The notes: a model not told the origin generated them from the sequence alone. 64,000 bases of DNA from Callorhinchus milii (GCF_018977255.1 NW_024704742.1:64048001-64112000), one strand, 5' to 3'. Positions 48,453-62,490 are shown, counted from the first letter of the stretch. Numbers and translations are program-made.

Positions 48453-50205
48453 ACAACAACAACAAGATTACATTTGTATAGCGCCTTTCACGTCGGGAGG
48501 ACATTCTAAGGTGCTGGACTGCGTACAGCATTTCAGACCCAACTGGGGTCAGGGCGGGAGAAGGAAGGGGAGGGAAGGGGGGTGGCTGTTGGCATGGTCA
48601 AAGAGGAGGGTCTTGAGGCGGGACTTGAAGGAGGCTAAGGAGGGGGCGAGGCGGAGTGATTGGGGGATGGAGTTCCAGAGGTTGGGGGCAGAGTGGTTGA
48701 AGGCTCTCCCACCAATGGTGGGGCGGGTGGGTCGGGGGACATGGAGCAGGCCGGACCCGGCTGAGCGGAGGGAACGGGCGGGTTGGTAGGTGGTTAGGAG
48801 GTAACAGAGGTAGGGTGGGGTGAGGCCATGGAGGGCTTTGTAGGTGAGGACCAGGATCTTGAACTGGATCCTCTGAAGGATAGGGAGCCAATGGAGTCGG
48901 TCGAGAGTGGGGGAGATGGGGCCACGGAGTTTGGTGCGGGAGAGGACACGGGCTGCAGAGTTCTGGATTATCTGCAGCCTGTGGAGGGAGGAGTTGGGAA
49001 GGCCGACAAGCAGGGTGTTTGCATAGTTGAGCCTGGAGGTGATGAAGGCATGAACAAGAGTTTCAGCGGCCTGAGGGGTGAGGTAGTGGCGGAGTTGGGC
49101 GATGTTATGGAGGTGAGGGAAGGCAGAGCAGGTCATGGCTTGGATGTGGGGAAGAAAAGACAGTTTAGGGTCGAACAAGACACCTGGGTTCCTGACTGGC
49201 GGTGAGTTGCAGTGTGCAACCATGGAGGTTGATGCTGCCAGAGCCTGAGGTGCTGAGGCGCTGGCGCGAGCCAATCAGGAGGGCCTCAGTCTTGTTCACA
49301 TTCAACCGTAGGAAATTTGCCCTCATCCAGGACTTGATGTCCGACAGGCAGTCTGTCAGGACAGCAGTGGTCCTGGAGTTGAGGGTGGAGGCAGAAAGAT
49401 AGATTTGGGTGTCATCCGCATACATTTAGAAGTTGACCCCATGTTTGCGGATGATGTCACCAAGGGGGAGCATATAGATATTAAAGAGGAGAGGGCCAAG
49501 GACAGAGCCCTGGGGGATGCCAGATGTGACAGTGCGGGGGCTGGAGGAGAAACTGTTAGAAGCAACAAAGTAGAGACAGTGAGAGAGATAGGAATCGAAC
49601 CTGGCAAAGGCAGGTCCGTGAAGATTAATAAAGAGGAGAGGTGGTGTATGAGGATGGAGTGGTCGACAGTGTCGAAGGCGGCAGAGATGTCGAGGAGGAC
49701 AAGGAGGCAGAGGGAGCCCTGATCATGGATGTTCAGAACGTCATTAGTGACTTTGACCAGAGCTGTTTCTGTGCTGTGGGCAGCGCGGAAGCCGGATTGG
49801 AGGGGTTCAAAGAGAGAATGGCGAGAAAGGAAGGAGCGGAGCTGGGACGTGATGACTCGTTCCAGGACCTTGGAAATGGAAGGTTAGAGATGGGGCGGTA
49901 GCTGGAGAGGAGGGATAGGTCCAGGGAAGGTTTTTTCAAGATGCAGGTGATGACGGCTGTTTTTAGTGGGGTGGGAACTGAACCGGTGGACAAGGAGAGG
50001 TTGATGACGTCGGACAGGAGAGGGGCCAGAAGGTGGAGCTAGGAGATGAGGAGAGAGGTGGGATGGGATCGATGGAGCAGGTGGTGGGTTTGAGTTTGCG
50101 GACAGTCGTGGTGAGGAAGGAGGGAGAGAGTCGAAGGAGTATAGGGGCGGTTGGGTGGGGGGTGGGTCATGATAAGGAGGTGATGTGGGGATGGCTGTGG
50201 ATGGG
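48453..50205 (-). mobile_element. L2 LINE, 5'-truncated, RT and C-terminus, frameshifted
   Basis: [54 protein letters not shown] and LHWLP. L2 tail. Confidence 0.94.
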
Positions 50206-51039
50206 GCAGAGATTAACATAACACAAGCAAATAATCATTCAATTCCCAGGAAGATACCCACAGGGGAGGTGCAGCTATATAATAGAAATAAAACTGATGG
50301 AAGTTTCTTGGGATCCACAGGTATCTCTCTCTGTATCTCACTGCAATCTGTTCTAAAAGAGCTTTACAACAACAATTTACCTTTAGATAGCCCCTTTTCT
50401 GTCAGGAGGATGTCTTAAAGTGCTCCACAGAGCCAACTGGGAGCTGAGGTGGGTGGAGGTAACTGAGGAAGGTAAGGTGGGTGGAAGGTGACAGAAAGCC
50501 CAGTTGAAATGAAAGATCTTAAGGGGGGGCTTCAAAAGTGGGAAGGGAGAGAGGGAGGGAGGGACAGAGGGAAGGAGGGGCTAGGTGGAGTGACTCTGGG
50601 ATGGAGTTCCAGAGAGCAGGGACAGAATGGTTGAAATTTTGCCCACTGATGGTGGGTATGGGAGAAGTGAAACAGGCTGTGGATCTGCTGAGCAGATAGT
50701 GACCAGATGATAGGGTTGTAGGAGGTCACAGAGGTATAGTGTGGCAAATCCAAGGAGAGGTTTGAATGTGATGATTTAAACAGCATGGTATAAAATTGCG
50801 CAACTTTAATGATAAAAAGATTGCCATGTTTAAAGAAAGAAATTGCATGAAATAGCATCTTACTGGTTTGAAACGTCTCAAGCACTTTACTGCCAAGTGT
50901 AATGACTATTTTTGCAGCCAAAACTGTCAGCCCATTTTGTGCATGTCAAGATCCCATACCCAGGAGGGAAAATGACCAATTTCTCTGCAGAATAGCTGGT
51001 TAGGTAAAACACAATACAATGCAGTTACATTTATATGTG

Positions 51040-51350
51040 TGGAGTCCTGTAGCTCAGTGGTTAGAGCACTCGCTTTGCAAGCGGGAGACCTGAGTTCAAT
51101 TCCAGGCAGGGCAAAACCTTGGGCAAGTTTCCTTACTCCACACAGAGCCTAATAATAATCCCTCCAAAAAACCAAAAATAATAAATTGGTCATTTTCAAT
51201 CCATGACTGTTTGTGGGACATTGCTGTGCGCAATTAGCTGCCACGTTCGCCCACAAATATACAGTCAGTTCACTTTACAGTGTATTCTGTGAAGCGCTTT
51301 GGGACATCCTCCCGATGTGAAAAGCCCTATATCAAATGCAAGGATTATTA
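51040..51350 (+). mobile_element. SINE family A, short variant, with target-site duplication
   Basis: TTATATG at about 51030-51036 and 51347-51353. It interrupts a minus-strand L2 tail. Confidence 0.9.
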
Positions 51351-51469
51351 TATGGTGCCTTTCATGTTGGGAGGACATCCCAAAGCTCTTAGCAGGACTT
51401 GCTGAGCATCCAAGCTGGGGGTAGGAGCCGATCGAGATGGGGAGGGGAAAGATGACCAATAGTGCAGTG

Positions 51470-51790
51470 TAAAAGGTAGGTCTATTTCCTCTGGTGGGGA
51501 ATCCAAAACAACGGGCATAGTCTTAAAATTAGAGCAATGCCATTTAGGAGTGAAATCAAGAAGCACTTTTTCACACAAAAGGTAGTGGAAATCTGGAACT
51601 CTCTCTCCCAAAAGGCTGTGGATGCCGGATCCATTCAAATTTTCAAAACAGGTGGGTACATTTTTGTTAGGCAAGGGTATCAAGGGATATGAGGCAAGGG
51701 CAGGTAATTGGAGTTGAGGGACAGATCAGCCATGATGTTATAGAATGACGGAACAGGCTTGAGGGGCTGAATGGCCTACTCCTGTTCCTA
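51470..51790 (+). mobile_element. CR1 3' end
   Basis: TTGHSLKIRA..FRSEIKKHFFTQKVVEIWNSL and a 3' UTR with GGGGCTGAATGGCCTACTCCTGTTCCTA. Confidence 0.88.
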
Positions 51791-52818
51791 AATCTTGAGG
51801 CAGACCTCCATTCTCTTAAATCTAAAATTTAGAAAACTAGATAGAAATGCATAAAGCAGAATCTGAATCAGTAAATTAGCAAAGGACAGGCTTTCAAATG
51901 TAAATATTTCACACTGATTTAGTTCAGAAACTAATTTCTGAGTCGGGATTCCTTCAGCCTACATATATATACAACCCTCAGATTTTCCAAGCACTGCACA
52001 ATCTAGTGTGAAGAAATTGCTTCAGTGATAAAAAATATAAGCGGTTATTCAACCTGATTAAAAATAATAATAATCAAAACATAAAAGGCTGCAGATGCTG
52101 GAAATCTGAAAACAAAAATAGAAGTCGCTGGGAACACAGAAGGTAGAATTAAAGTGTCAAGTTTCCTTTACAAGATCACAAGGTTGGTTTGGATGAAGAA
52201 GACTCTTCAGCCCACTTTATCTCATTATTCCTGAATACCCACTGACCCTCTTCCCATCACAGCATCAAGCTGTATTTTGAAATGAATCCAGTGCCCTGGC
52301 TTCCACTACCATTCCAAGTAACTTGTTCTGAGTGTTAAAGAAAAACTTCCCAACTGTCTGCCCTGAAATTGCTCTTTGCAACTCTAAACCTGGGACTTTG
52401 TGCATCGTAAAGTGTTGTCCTGGGTTTACTTTTTTAATTCATTTTCAATTCTAAACACCTCTTTCGGTCCCCTCTGAAATGTCTTCTTTCAAGAGTGAAG
52501 AGCTCTAGCTTGTCTAATTGTTTCTCATACCTCATTCTTCTAAGACAGGGCATCATCCTCATAGAGAAAGGAGTTTTTTCCCTTCTCCTGGCCAACAATC
52601 TGTAAATAAAAATGATGATTCACTTCTGGACTGTTTAGGCATTGCTGTCTTTGTCCACAAAATACACAGTCAATACACTTTACAGTAAATCTTGTGAAGT
52701 CCTCCTAACATGAAAGACTTTATATCATATGTAAGGATTATTATTGTTATTGCTTTCATCTTCATTTCCTCTGGGGGCTGGGCCTTATATTGCGGTGACT
52801 AGAGTCCTGCAAAATCTG

Positions 52819-53209
52819 AGTATGTTATCCGTCTTTGTGTGCTCACAGGCAGAACCCTGATAGCAAATGTTATGCCAGTGAACTATTGAGGTTATTACCA
52901 CATGCTTCAGGAACACATGAAAATTTAAATATTTGCTTTTCCACCTTATAGTGATATGATTAAGATTTGAATGGAAAAGACTAAGCAATCTGGAAGAGCG
53001 AAGGAATAATCAATTTGACAATTAAGATCTTCAGTTATGGATATTGAGAGGATTAGATTTGATCTCTCTCACTCCTGAGATACAACCTCTGTCAAACAAG
53101 TATGTTTACTCAATCTTAGGTCAACTGTACCATCTTCTAACATTCTGTGTAGCTCAGATGTTTGAGTGCTGGACTTGGAATAGGGAGTTCTGGGTTCGAA
53201 CCCCATTGC
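52819..53209 (+). repeat. Copy 1 of ~390-bp direct duplication
   Basis: By eye, identical to 54895-55291 except a 6-bp indel and one C/T change. Confidence 0.95.
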
Positions 53210-54894
53210 TGCATTTCTTTTGTTAAAAGTAAAATTTTTCCCCACAAAATAAACAGTCAATCCATTTTACAATATATTCTGTGAACCACTTTGAGATGTC
53301 TCAATGACATGATAAGGGGCTATATCAAATGCAATCATTAATATTATTCATTACTAAGTGGTATCCACCTGAGATTGAGTACTTTGAAATATGGCCTTTC
53401 AAATGTCTGTGTGCCCAACCTCTGTGATCTACTCCACGCACTTCCTGTTCATTGCCTACCACCACTGCCCTACCATTGGCGGATAAGTCTTCCACCACCT
53501 TGCTCCTGCTCTTAGGAAACCTTTCTTTAAATCCGTCAGCCTTGCACCCCCATGCACCCCCTAAAAACCTTTGGTCACATGGTTCCATCACTGTGAAGCA
53601 GCTTGAGACACTTATCTGTATAACAATAATCCTTGCACTTGATATAGCATCTTATCAAGTCGTTGAGACGTTTCAAAGCGCTTCACAGAATAAATGTAAA
53701 ATGGATTGACTGTGTATTTTGTGGGCGAAACTCAGCAGCCAATTGTGCATTTTAGTGTCTCATAGTCTAAGATTAAGTGACCAAAATGTTTTTTGAGGAA
53801 ATATTTCCCCAGGTAAGTGATTGAAAGTGACTAACAACCAGGTTCCTACTTAGTGCTAGGTAAATAGAGGCATGTGGAGTAAGGAAACTTTTTGGCTTGG
53901 GGACTCCAAAGTGTGTGTTGGGACACTGCTGGAATCTAACCAGTTAAAACTGCATAACTTGCCATTGAGAGCTATGCCTGGCAAGCTTTCCCATTGCTTG
54001 TCCAGCTAGGACCACCCTACCTGTTAGGGTTTTGGTTTGTATGGTTAAATAGGTATTGAGTGGGAAGAATCCACGGTCTTGCCTTCCAAATCCTACCGAT
54101 GAGTGAGCCTGCCTTTGCCGTCATCAGAAATACCCTGGAGTATTAAGCACCTGCCCTCCCCCGCCCACCACTCCCTCCCACCCAGGAGGATAGTCACTTG
54201 TTGGTTATTTGACATCTGTCAAGTGCAGGTTTGAGTTCTCACTAGTTGGATGGCAGGTACCAGGAACTCTCTGTGAGTTTCCCAATGGGCCACACAGTTT
54301 AGCATGAAATTTGTGAGAGCTTTGCCAACAACAGCCTAATCTGTGGATTCAACTAAGACAGGCTGGCCCTACAATTTTTATACACAGGATCATTTTATTT
54401 TGTATGCTATTGTGCTCCGTTGAAGCTTACCTGTTAATGGTTAAATACTGGTTGGTGATTAGTTTTCTTGGGCAAAGTACTACTGAAGTAGTCATGGTAA
54501 CGGATAAGATGCATACGGATGCTTGGAGTCGGAGTGCAGGCGTCTAGCTGATACAGAGTGCCAGCTGCACAGTGCCAGCTATTCAAAGTAGAATGGCCAG
54601 CGGTGGTTAATAGGCACCAGCTGCTATGGGTACAGTAGGATATGCAGTTTAATGAGAATATGTGTAAAATAAATATTGTACGGCCAAGAAACTGTAATAC
54701 GGAGTATGTGTTCAACAGAGCAGCGATAGAGCATGCTAATCGGGATAGAGTTCTAACAGTTACTGTAGGTATATCAATGAACTGTCAGTACAGTATAGCT
54801 ACTGGATGGTATTTGAAGAACTAAAGGCTAATACATAGAAAGAGGAACTTAGAGGTGTACAGGACCAGAACACACCATTGCAATCCATCAGACC

Positions 54895-55291
54895 AGTATG
54901 TTATCCGTCTTTGTGTGCTCACAGGCAGAACCCTGATAGCAAATGTTATGCCAGTGAACTATTGAGGTTATTACCACATGCTTCAGGAACACATGAAAAT
55001 TTAAATTTAAATATTTGCTTTTCCACCTTATAGTGATATGATTAAGATTTGAATGGAAAAGACTAAGCAATCTGGAAGAGCGAAGGAATAATCAATTTGA
55101 CAATTAAGATCTTCAGTTATGGATATTGAGAGGATTAGATTTGATCTCTCTCACTCCTGAGATACAACCTCTGTCAAACAAGTATGTTTACTCAATCTTA
55201 GGTCAACTGTACCATCTTCTAACATTCTGTGTAGCTCAGATGTTTGAGTGCTGGACTTGGAATAGGGAGTTCTGGGTTTGAACCCCATTGC
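54895..55291 (+). repeat. Copy 2 of ~390-bp direct duplication
   Basis: Carries an extra AAATTT, and TTTGAA in place of TTCGAA, relative to 52819-53209. Confidence 0.95.
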
Positions 55292-56669
55292 AGAATAAAA
55301 AGCTAACTGTCCTACACTTCTCTTATCTCTCATACCGCTTAGACACCCCTTACTCTCTTGAATTTGGAGTCTGTCTCCATCGCCTCCTGGGGCTTCTATT
55401 CCACATATTCACCAGTCTCTGTGCAAAGTACATAATTAAATCTGAACTGGCCGTTCACCTTCCCATTTCTTAGTGTAAGTCTGTGCTCCAGGTTATTTTT
55501 AACTTGTTGGACTTGATATCCCTATTTGATAGGTTCAAGAAGTTATATAGTAGTATTTTGAACAGACTCCCTCAGGAGATGATGGAAGCAAAAAGTATTG
55601 ATTCTTTCAAAAACAAATTAGATAGATTTATTTTAGGAAATAATATCTTGGGATACAGTATATAGTTTTGGACATGACGTGGGCATGCAACTGCCAAGAT
55701 GGTGGAATGTGAACTAGATGGACCTGGATGCTCTTTTGTCTAGCAATTCTTATGCTGAAACATCTCAAAGCGTTTCAGATGCTAAGAGAAAAATCCAGAC
55801 CCATGTGGAATTTCTCCACTACAGCTAGCTTTCAGCATTGTCAACTGGGTATTAAAAATATTAACTCAGTCGTACTCATCAAATTCTTCGATTAGATACA
55901 ATTAGATGTAATGATAATAAATACCTAAAAGTAGTCAACTACAAGGTATGGGGAAAGGGCAGGTAAATGGGACATCAGGGATTGCTCTTAAAGGAGCTGG
56001 CACAGGCAGGATGGACCGAATGGCCTTCTTTTCTATAAATGTCTACGGTTCCAGTATCAAAATCACTGAGCGAACAGTTTACAAAGCATGAAAATATCCA
56101 CTGAGAAAAGCGAGGAATAGAACTGATTCCATTTTGCTGGAATGCAAGCTACCATCTCATACATTAAACTAATAACCTCTGACTAATTATCTGGAATACA
56201 CTAAGTAATAGCATTTACAGCGTGGTAATTTTATATAGCAATGAGATCATCCTGCAGAGTGCTCCAGCCATTACTGAAGTGAGGTTGGGATCAGCGAACA
56301 ATGGAACATCAATGTCGGCAGCAATGACTAACAATGGAGCAAAATACATTATTGCCATTATCAATCTACTTGGTTTCATTCAGATTTCTTATGTTCAGGT
56401 CCTGTTTCACCTGCTCTCTCTGTGCTGTACTCACATTGCCTGGGTTCTGCTTTTCAAATAATAATGAATAATCCTTGCATTTGCTTTAGTGTTTGTGGGA
56501 CACTGTTGTGCGCAATTGGCTGCCCGCTTTGGCCTACAAATATACAGTCAATTCACTTTACAGTCTATTCTGTGAAGCGCTTTGAGACATCTAGAAGACA
56601 TAAAAAGCGCTATAACAAATGCAAGGATTATTATTATTAATAATGTATGCTAATTATTAATTATGTAGT

Positions 56670-58085
56670 CAGACCATTGTAGGGACACAGTCCATTATGG
56701 GAACAGCCCATTGTAGTGACAGTCCATTAAGAGAGAGCGGTGGTTAAAGAAAGGACCCATTAGAGAAATAATCTATTATACAGTCAGCCAATTATAGGGA
56801 GAGCTATTTAGAGGGACAGCTCATTATAGGGATAATCAGCCTGGCTTAGTAGTAGCACTCTCGCCAGAAGGTTGCGGGTTCAAATCTCACATCAGGACTT
56901 GAAATCTCAAGATCTAAGATGACACTGCAATGCAATGTGGGTGTGTATTGCACTGCTGGAGATTCCAATTGGCATTAAAGATCCCATGCCACTATTTGAA
57001 AAGATAAGGGAGATTTTCTTGGTGTCTTGACCAACAATCTCCCGAATAAAATTGGTCATTCACTCATAAGAACATAAGAAATGCTAGATGAAAAAAAACA
57101 AAGTCCATCTAGTTCGCCTTCCACCTTCCTGGTGGTTGCATGCACATATGTCGCGAACTACCTATGTACTAATAATCTAATCTGTGTTTGAAGGAATCAA
57201 CATTTCCTGCTTCAACTGTCTCCCTAGGGAGCCTCTTCCACAGGTTTACTGTTCACTCACTGAAATAGTGTTTACGTAGATTTGTTCTGAATTTACCCAT
57301 TTCAGTTGTTCTCTGGTTTTTCCTATTCTGGACTAGTTGAAACAGCCTGTCATGATCTATATTGTCCAGCCTCATAGAATCTTAAAGACAGCAATCATAT
57401 CTCCTCTCAACTTTCTCTTTTCCAGTGTGAACATGCTCAATTTATTTAGTCGCTTCTCCTGATCCAGTCCCACCATTCCCTCAATCATTTTGGTTGCCCT
57501 CCTCTGTATCTTCTCAATTTCTCCCATATCCTTTTTGTACTGTGACAACCAGAACTGTACACAGTACTCTTAAGTACGGTCTCACCAACGATTTATACAG
57601 TGACAGGATTACCCCACTATTTTGGCTTGCTATTGATCTTTGATCCATGGCTGTTTGTGAGACATTGCTGTGTGTAAATTGGCTGCCACATTTGTCCACA
57701 TATACCCAGTCATTCCATTTCACAATAAATCCTGTGAAGCGCTTTGTGACGTAATCCCAACGTGAAAGGCATTATATCAAATGCAAAGATATATTATTAT
57801 TATAACCCATTTTAGGGGCCGCACATTGTAGGGGCAGGATATTAAAGAGGCAACCCGTTATAATAATAAATTGGTCACTTCAATCCATGACAGTTTGTGG
57901 AACACCGCTGTGCACAATTGGCTGCTGCATTTAGCCCACAAAATATACAGTCAATTCACTTTATAGTATATTCTGTGAAGCACTTTGAGACATTTTGAAG
58001 ATGTGATAAGGTGCTATATCAAATGCACAGATTATTATTATAGGGACAGCTCAGCATAGGGGCAGCACATCATAGCAACAGCCTT
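56670..58085. repeat. Degenerate ~16-17 bp minisatellite (CCCATTATAGGGACAG-like) fragmented by nested SINE and CR1 insertions
   Basis: Units at 56670-56832, 57804-57860 and 58035-58085. Between them: a family B SINE (56836-57803) split by a minus-strand CR1 end (57068-57630), and a family A SINE body (57860-58040). Confidence 0.7.
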
Positions 58086-59881
58086 TTGTTTTAACATTGG
58101 TACACTATTATAATGGGATATATGAGGCTTGGAGGGTATCCAGCAACACCTCTTTTGATTTATATCTGGACTGAACAATCTGAGCTCTGATGAGAGGCTG
58201 GAGACTAGGTTATATTCCTTAGATTAAAGGAGGATAAGGAGTGATTTGATTGGGGTATTTAAAATAATGAAATAAATTGACATGTTAGATGACTCTTAAA
58301 GGGGAGCATATCCTTCAAATCAGAATTGGGATATTTAGAATTGAGATTAGGAAGCAATTATTCACACAGAGGGGTGTGAGAATGTTGATTGCTCTGTCCC
58401 ATAAAGCAATAGAGATTCAATCAATAGGAATGCTTGAAAGAAGCTTTGATAAACCTATGCCTTCAACCACACTCCCAACCCAACTCCCACACCTTCTCTT
58501 CCTATGCTCCACCCCTCTTGATTCAAGCTCCCAGCTCAGGCGCAAACCCTTAACTGTCTAGGACCATGGGATGTTGTTCCGACGTGAAAGGCGCCATATA
58601 AATGTGACTTCTTGTTAGTGGTGGTGGTGGATAATAGAGGTATTTAATTGTATGGCAAAGGATGGACATTCAAACTAATACATTTTCCAAAATCTAATAA
58701 ACTGATGGAACAGTCTTACTGGATTGCTTGGCCTCCTGTTCCTGTTTTCCTATCTATGATCTGATCTTCAAAAGCAATTAGTTGAACCTTCGGAAGTTGT
58801 CCATCTCCATCTCTCCACCGTTTTTTTCTTTCGAACTTTTCATTGAACTGAGCAAAGTTTAGAAAAGTTTAGACATTCTAATTCAGATTGGGCAAAGTCT
58901 GGAAAGACCACATCAGTGCAGTTGGATTGGGTTTATTGCTGGATCAGAATGAGGGGAGCTTTACTCTGCATCTGTCTTGTGTTGTACCTGGCCTGATACA
59001 GGATGTTCAGATTGAGAAGGCCTTAAATCCCTCCTTTTGACAAGCTAATAAACAAAAATTCATTTAATGAACAGTTTAATTTATCACCACTAGGTTTACC
59101 GATGGCTAAAAATGGAACAAAGATTATTAGTATTTTGGCATAGAAATGTGCAGATGATTCCCAGTGGATTTAAATCCTAACAACCATTAAGAGGGAAATT
59201 TAGGCTCACAATATTATATTGCTCTGATGATGCACTTTAACTCAATTGCCACCAATAACTGGCCTGCCCACACACGTACAAAAAGCCACATTTCTGATGA
59301 GCACACAGTCGAGCCTGCTTTCCAGTTGCTTCTCCTATCAAAAAATCCATTTGATTCACAGTCATATTGTGTCGCTGGCCTTCAAAGCATTTTTTTTTAT
59401 TAATAATAATTTTCTCACTCAAGCCATGACTGTTTATGTGACACTGCTATGCATAATTGGTTGCTGCATTTTGCCCACAAACTACACAGTCAATTCATTT
59501 GACAGTTTATTCTGTGAAGCATTTTGAGACGTCTCGAAGACGCAGTAAGGCGCTATATCAAATGCAAGGGTTATTATTATTATTACTTTGCTGAGTAACT
59601 GTCTGTCTGGTAAATTTTCCCACTGTTTATCCAGCTAGGCCTACCCTACCCATTAGGGCTTTGGCTTGCAGGGTTAACAGGAACTGAGTGGGATGACTCC
59701 CTGCCTTCAGTGACTGGTCTACCCTTCCAAGTCCTGCCGATGAGCTAGGCTGGCTGTGCTGTCATCAGCAGTGCCCTGAAATACTGCGGACATGCCTGGC
59801 TTAGGAAATGGACTACTGAGCCAGTTCAGCTCCAAGGAGAGACCCTGGTTACCTCTCCACTGTGTAACAAAGTGAGTAATA

Positions 59882-60257
59882 TAATAATAAATAATAATCC
59901 TTGCATTTGACATAGCGCTTTTCACATCTTCTAGACGTCTCAAAGCACTTCACAGAAGATGCAGTAAAGTGAAATTGACTGTATATTTTGTGGGCGAAAC
60001 ACGGCAGCCAATTGCACACAGCAGTGCCCCACAAACAGTCATGGATTGAGTGATCAAATTATTCTTGTTTTTTTGCAAGATTATTATCCCCAGAAAAGTG
60101 ATCCGCCAATCGACTAACAACCGGGTTCCTACTTACTGCTAGGTAAACAGAAGCATGTATAGTAGCAAAACTTGCCCAACATTTCGTCCCGCTGGGAATC
60201 GAACCCAGGTCTCTCACTAGCAAGGCAAGTGCTCTAACCACTGAGCTACAGGACTTC
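59882..60257 (-). mobile_element. SINE family A, long variant, full length
   Basis: Head, B box, extra internal block and (TTA)n tail are all present. Confidence 0.9.
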
Positions 60258-61654
60258 ATAGACTTCCCAAAACTCTAGAAACACATTTAATTTTCTTTAC
60301 ATGGTCGATTTGGCCTTGTAAACCCTACGTTTAAATGTTAAGAGCTTGATTGATCATATGAGGCGCAGTGGAAACTGAACAATTTCTCTTTACAACATAG
60401 TTGGCGATTTAGGATCAGCCAAACTGAAAACCTTTTTCTTTCTTAAATGTTGCCACTTTAAAATAGTGTGAATCTAAAGAATAATGCATTAGCTTTATGG
60501 ACAGTCCAGCTAAACAGACTTGAGATGAATGGCATTTTCTGAAAAGTGTAGCCTGTCTTGTCACTGGAAATTACTTTTATTTGGGGTATTGTTGACCAGG
60601 ACTTCAGGTAGTTAAGAGCACCTAAAACAGACTGAGAATCCTACATATGTACAGTGAATCCCGTGGGGGCTTTGAGAAATCCTCCCAACCTGAAAGGTAC
60701 TATAGTGAATGCAAGGATTTTATTTTTATTTTCAGCATGTATTTAACAATTTGCCAAACTAAAATGCATTCTGAAATATTCCATTTATAGATTAAATCTA
60801 GACCCATTAGGTTGAGCGATTGAGACTTTCCAAGTTGCAGCGCGATACATTATTTTACACTCGTTGCTATTCCTCCAATCCATCTAATGCCTTCAGCATG
60901 TTCTTAAACTGTTCTCACTTATCTCTCTGGACAAGATTCTGTATGAGGCAATGTGAACATTTCCCTGGCTAAGGCTAGCATTAAATGAGTTGTGAAATTG
61001 AGCGATTTATCTTGTTTCGTGTGATTTCCTCCCTGAACAAATTTTCCTGAGGTTCCACAGGGGGGGAAAAAAGTATGTTTTGTTGCTTTAAAGCTAAGTG
61101 CAAGTCAGAAATTTGTTCAGAAATAAACGGCTATGAAACCGAAGAGAAATGAGACGGTGCAGTAACAGATTGGAGGAAACCTTGGGCTGATCAGCAGGAG
61201 TCGATAGTAGAGTGAGAATGAAATGAAGATTTCTCTTAGCTTTAGATTTCATTTACGGGGAAAATGGTGCTTTCAGGTGGAAACTCACTGCTGATACGAG
61301 TCCAACAGATCCATCTTCCTGGGCTTTTACTGTAATCATTCATGGCTGGCAGATAGTATAAATATTCCAGATAGAGGAGCTGTCAACACTGAGAATATCC
61401 TAGGTGCCAGATTTTCAGGCACAAATCAGCTATGTTCCCAAAGGGTTGCCTCTCTCTCCAGCAAGATACATGTGGTGAGAAATCAGTAAAATTTTAGCTG
61501 TCACACAAGCTACCAGGGATTTTCTATCCATACTTAAAGCAAATCCACTGTCCTGTTACCACAGAGGTTGATAAATGACTCAAATGGGTACCTTTAATGG
61601 TAGTTGAGGCCAAGACTCTAGAATCAGTTCAGATAGAGATTGATGGCGAGCAAC

Positions 61655-61910
61655 AAAGGAACGTAGGAACAAGAGGCCATTCAGCCCCTTGAGCCTGTTC
61701 CGGCATTGTATTAGATCGTGGCTGATCTGTACCTCAACTCCAAGTACCGGCCTTGCCCCATATCCCTTGATACCCTGACCTAACAAAAATCTATCCACCT
61801 CAGTCTTAAAAATTTGTATGGATCCAGCATCCACAGCCTTTTGGGAGAGAGAGTTTTAGATTTCTACTACTCTTTGCGTGAAAAAAATGCTTCCTGATTT
61901 CACTCCTAAA
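61655..61910 (-). mobile_element. CR1 3' end
   Basis: Reverse complement closely matches 51540-51790. Confidence 0.85.
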
Positions 61911-62055
61911 TGCTGATGGAATGACGATAGGGCAGGTATTGTGGAAGGATGAGATCAAATGGGACAAGGGACCTTCTTCATCTTGTGACCCTGTAATATA
62001 GCTGCCCCAGGGTTGTTACTTTTGGAATTTCAAGTTTTAACCATGGATAATTTAA

Positions 62056-62490
62056 GTGTCAGCCTGCCTCAGTTGTCAGCACTTTCTCCTCTGAAGGTTG
62101 TGGGTTCAAGTTTCACATCGGTATGGTGAACGCATATACAATACTGTGACACTCCAATGCAGTCCTGGGAGCATACTGCATCATTTGGAAGAGATGTCCT
62201 TTGGTTGAAACTTTCAACCGAGGTCCTGTCTTCCTGTCCACATGGACGTTAGAGATCCCATGACACTCTTCAAAAAGAGAAGGGTGTTTCTCGCAGTGTT
62301 CTGGCCAGCAATACCCCAGATAAAGTTGATTATTCTCCCTCGTGGCTGTTTGAGGGACATTGCTGTGTGCAAATTGGCTGTTGCATTTGCTTATAAAATA
62401 CAGATATCACAGTAAATCATGTGAAGTGTTTTCAGACATCTCCCTGATTTGAAAGGCACTATATCAAATGCAAGAATTATTATTTATTGT
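62056..62490 (+). mobile_element. SINE family B (SacSINE1/Deu-domain-like), essentially full length
   Basis: GTGTCAGCCTGCCTCAGTTG head, CAACCGAGGTCCTGTC...GGACGTTAGAGATCCCATGACACT centre, and a 3' half and tail shared with family A. Confidence 0.8.

Noticed and set aside
53146..53213. tRNA-like sequence within the duplicated block
   Set aside because: Degenerate A and B boxes with no consistent cloverleaf, followed by a SINE tail remnant.
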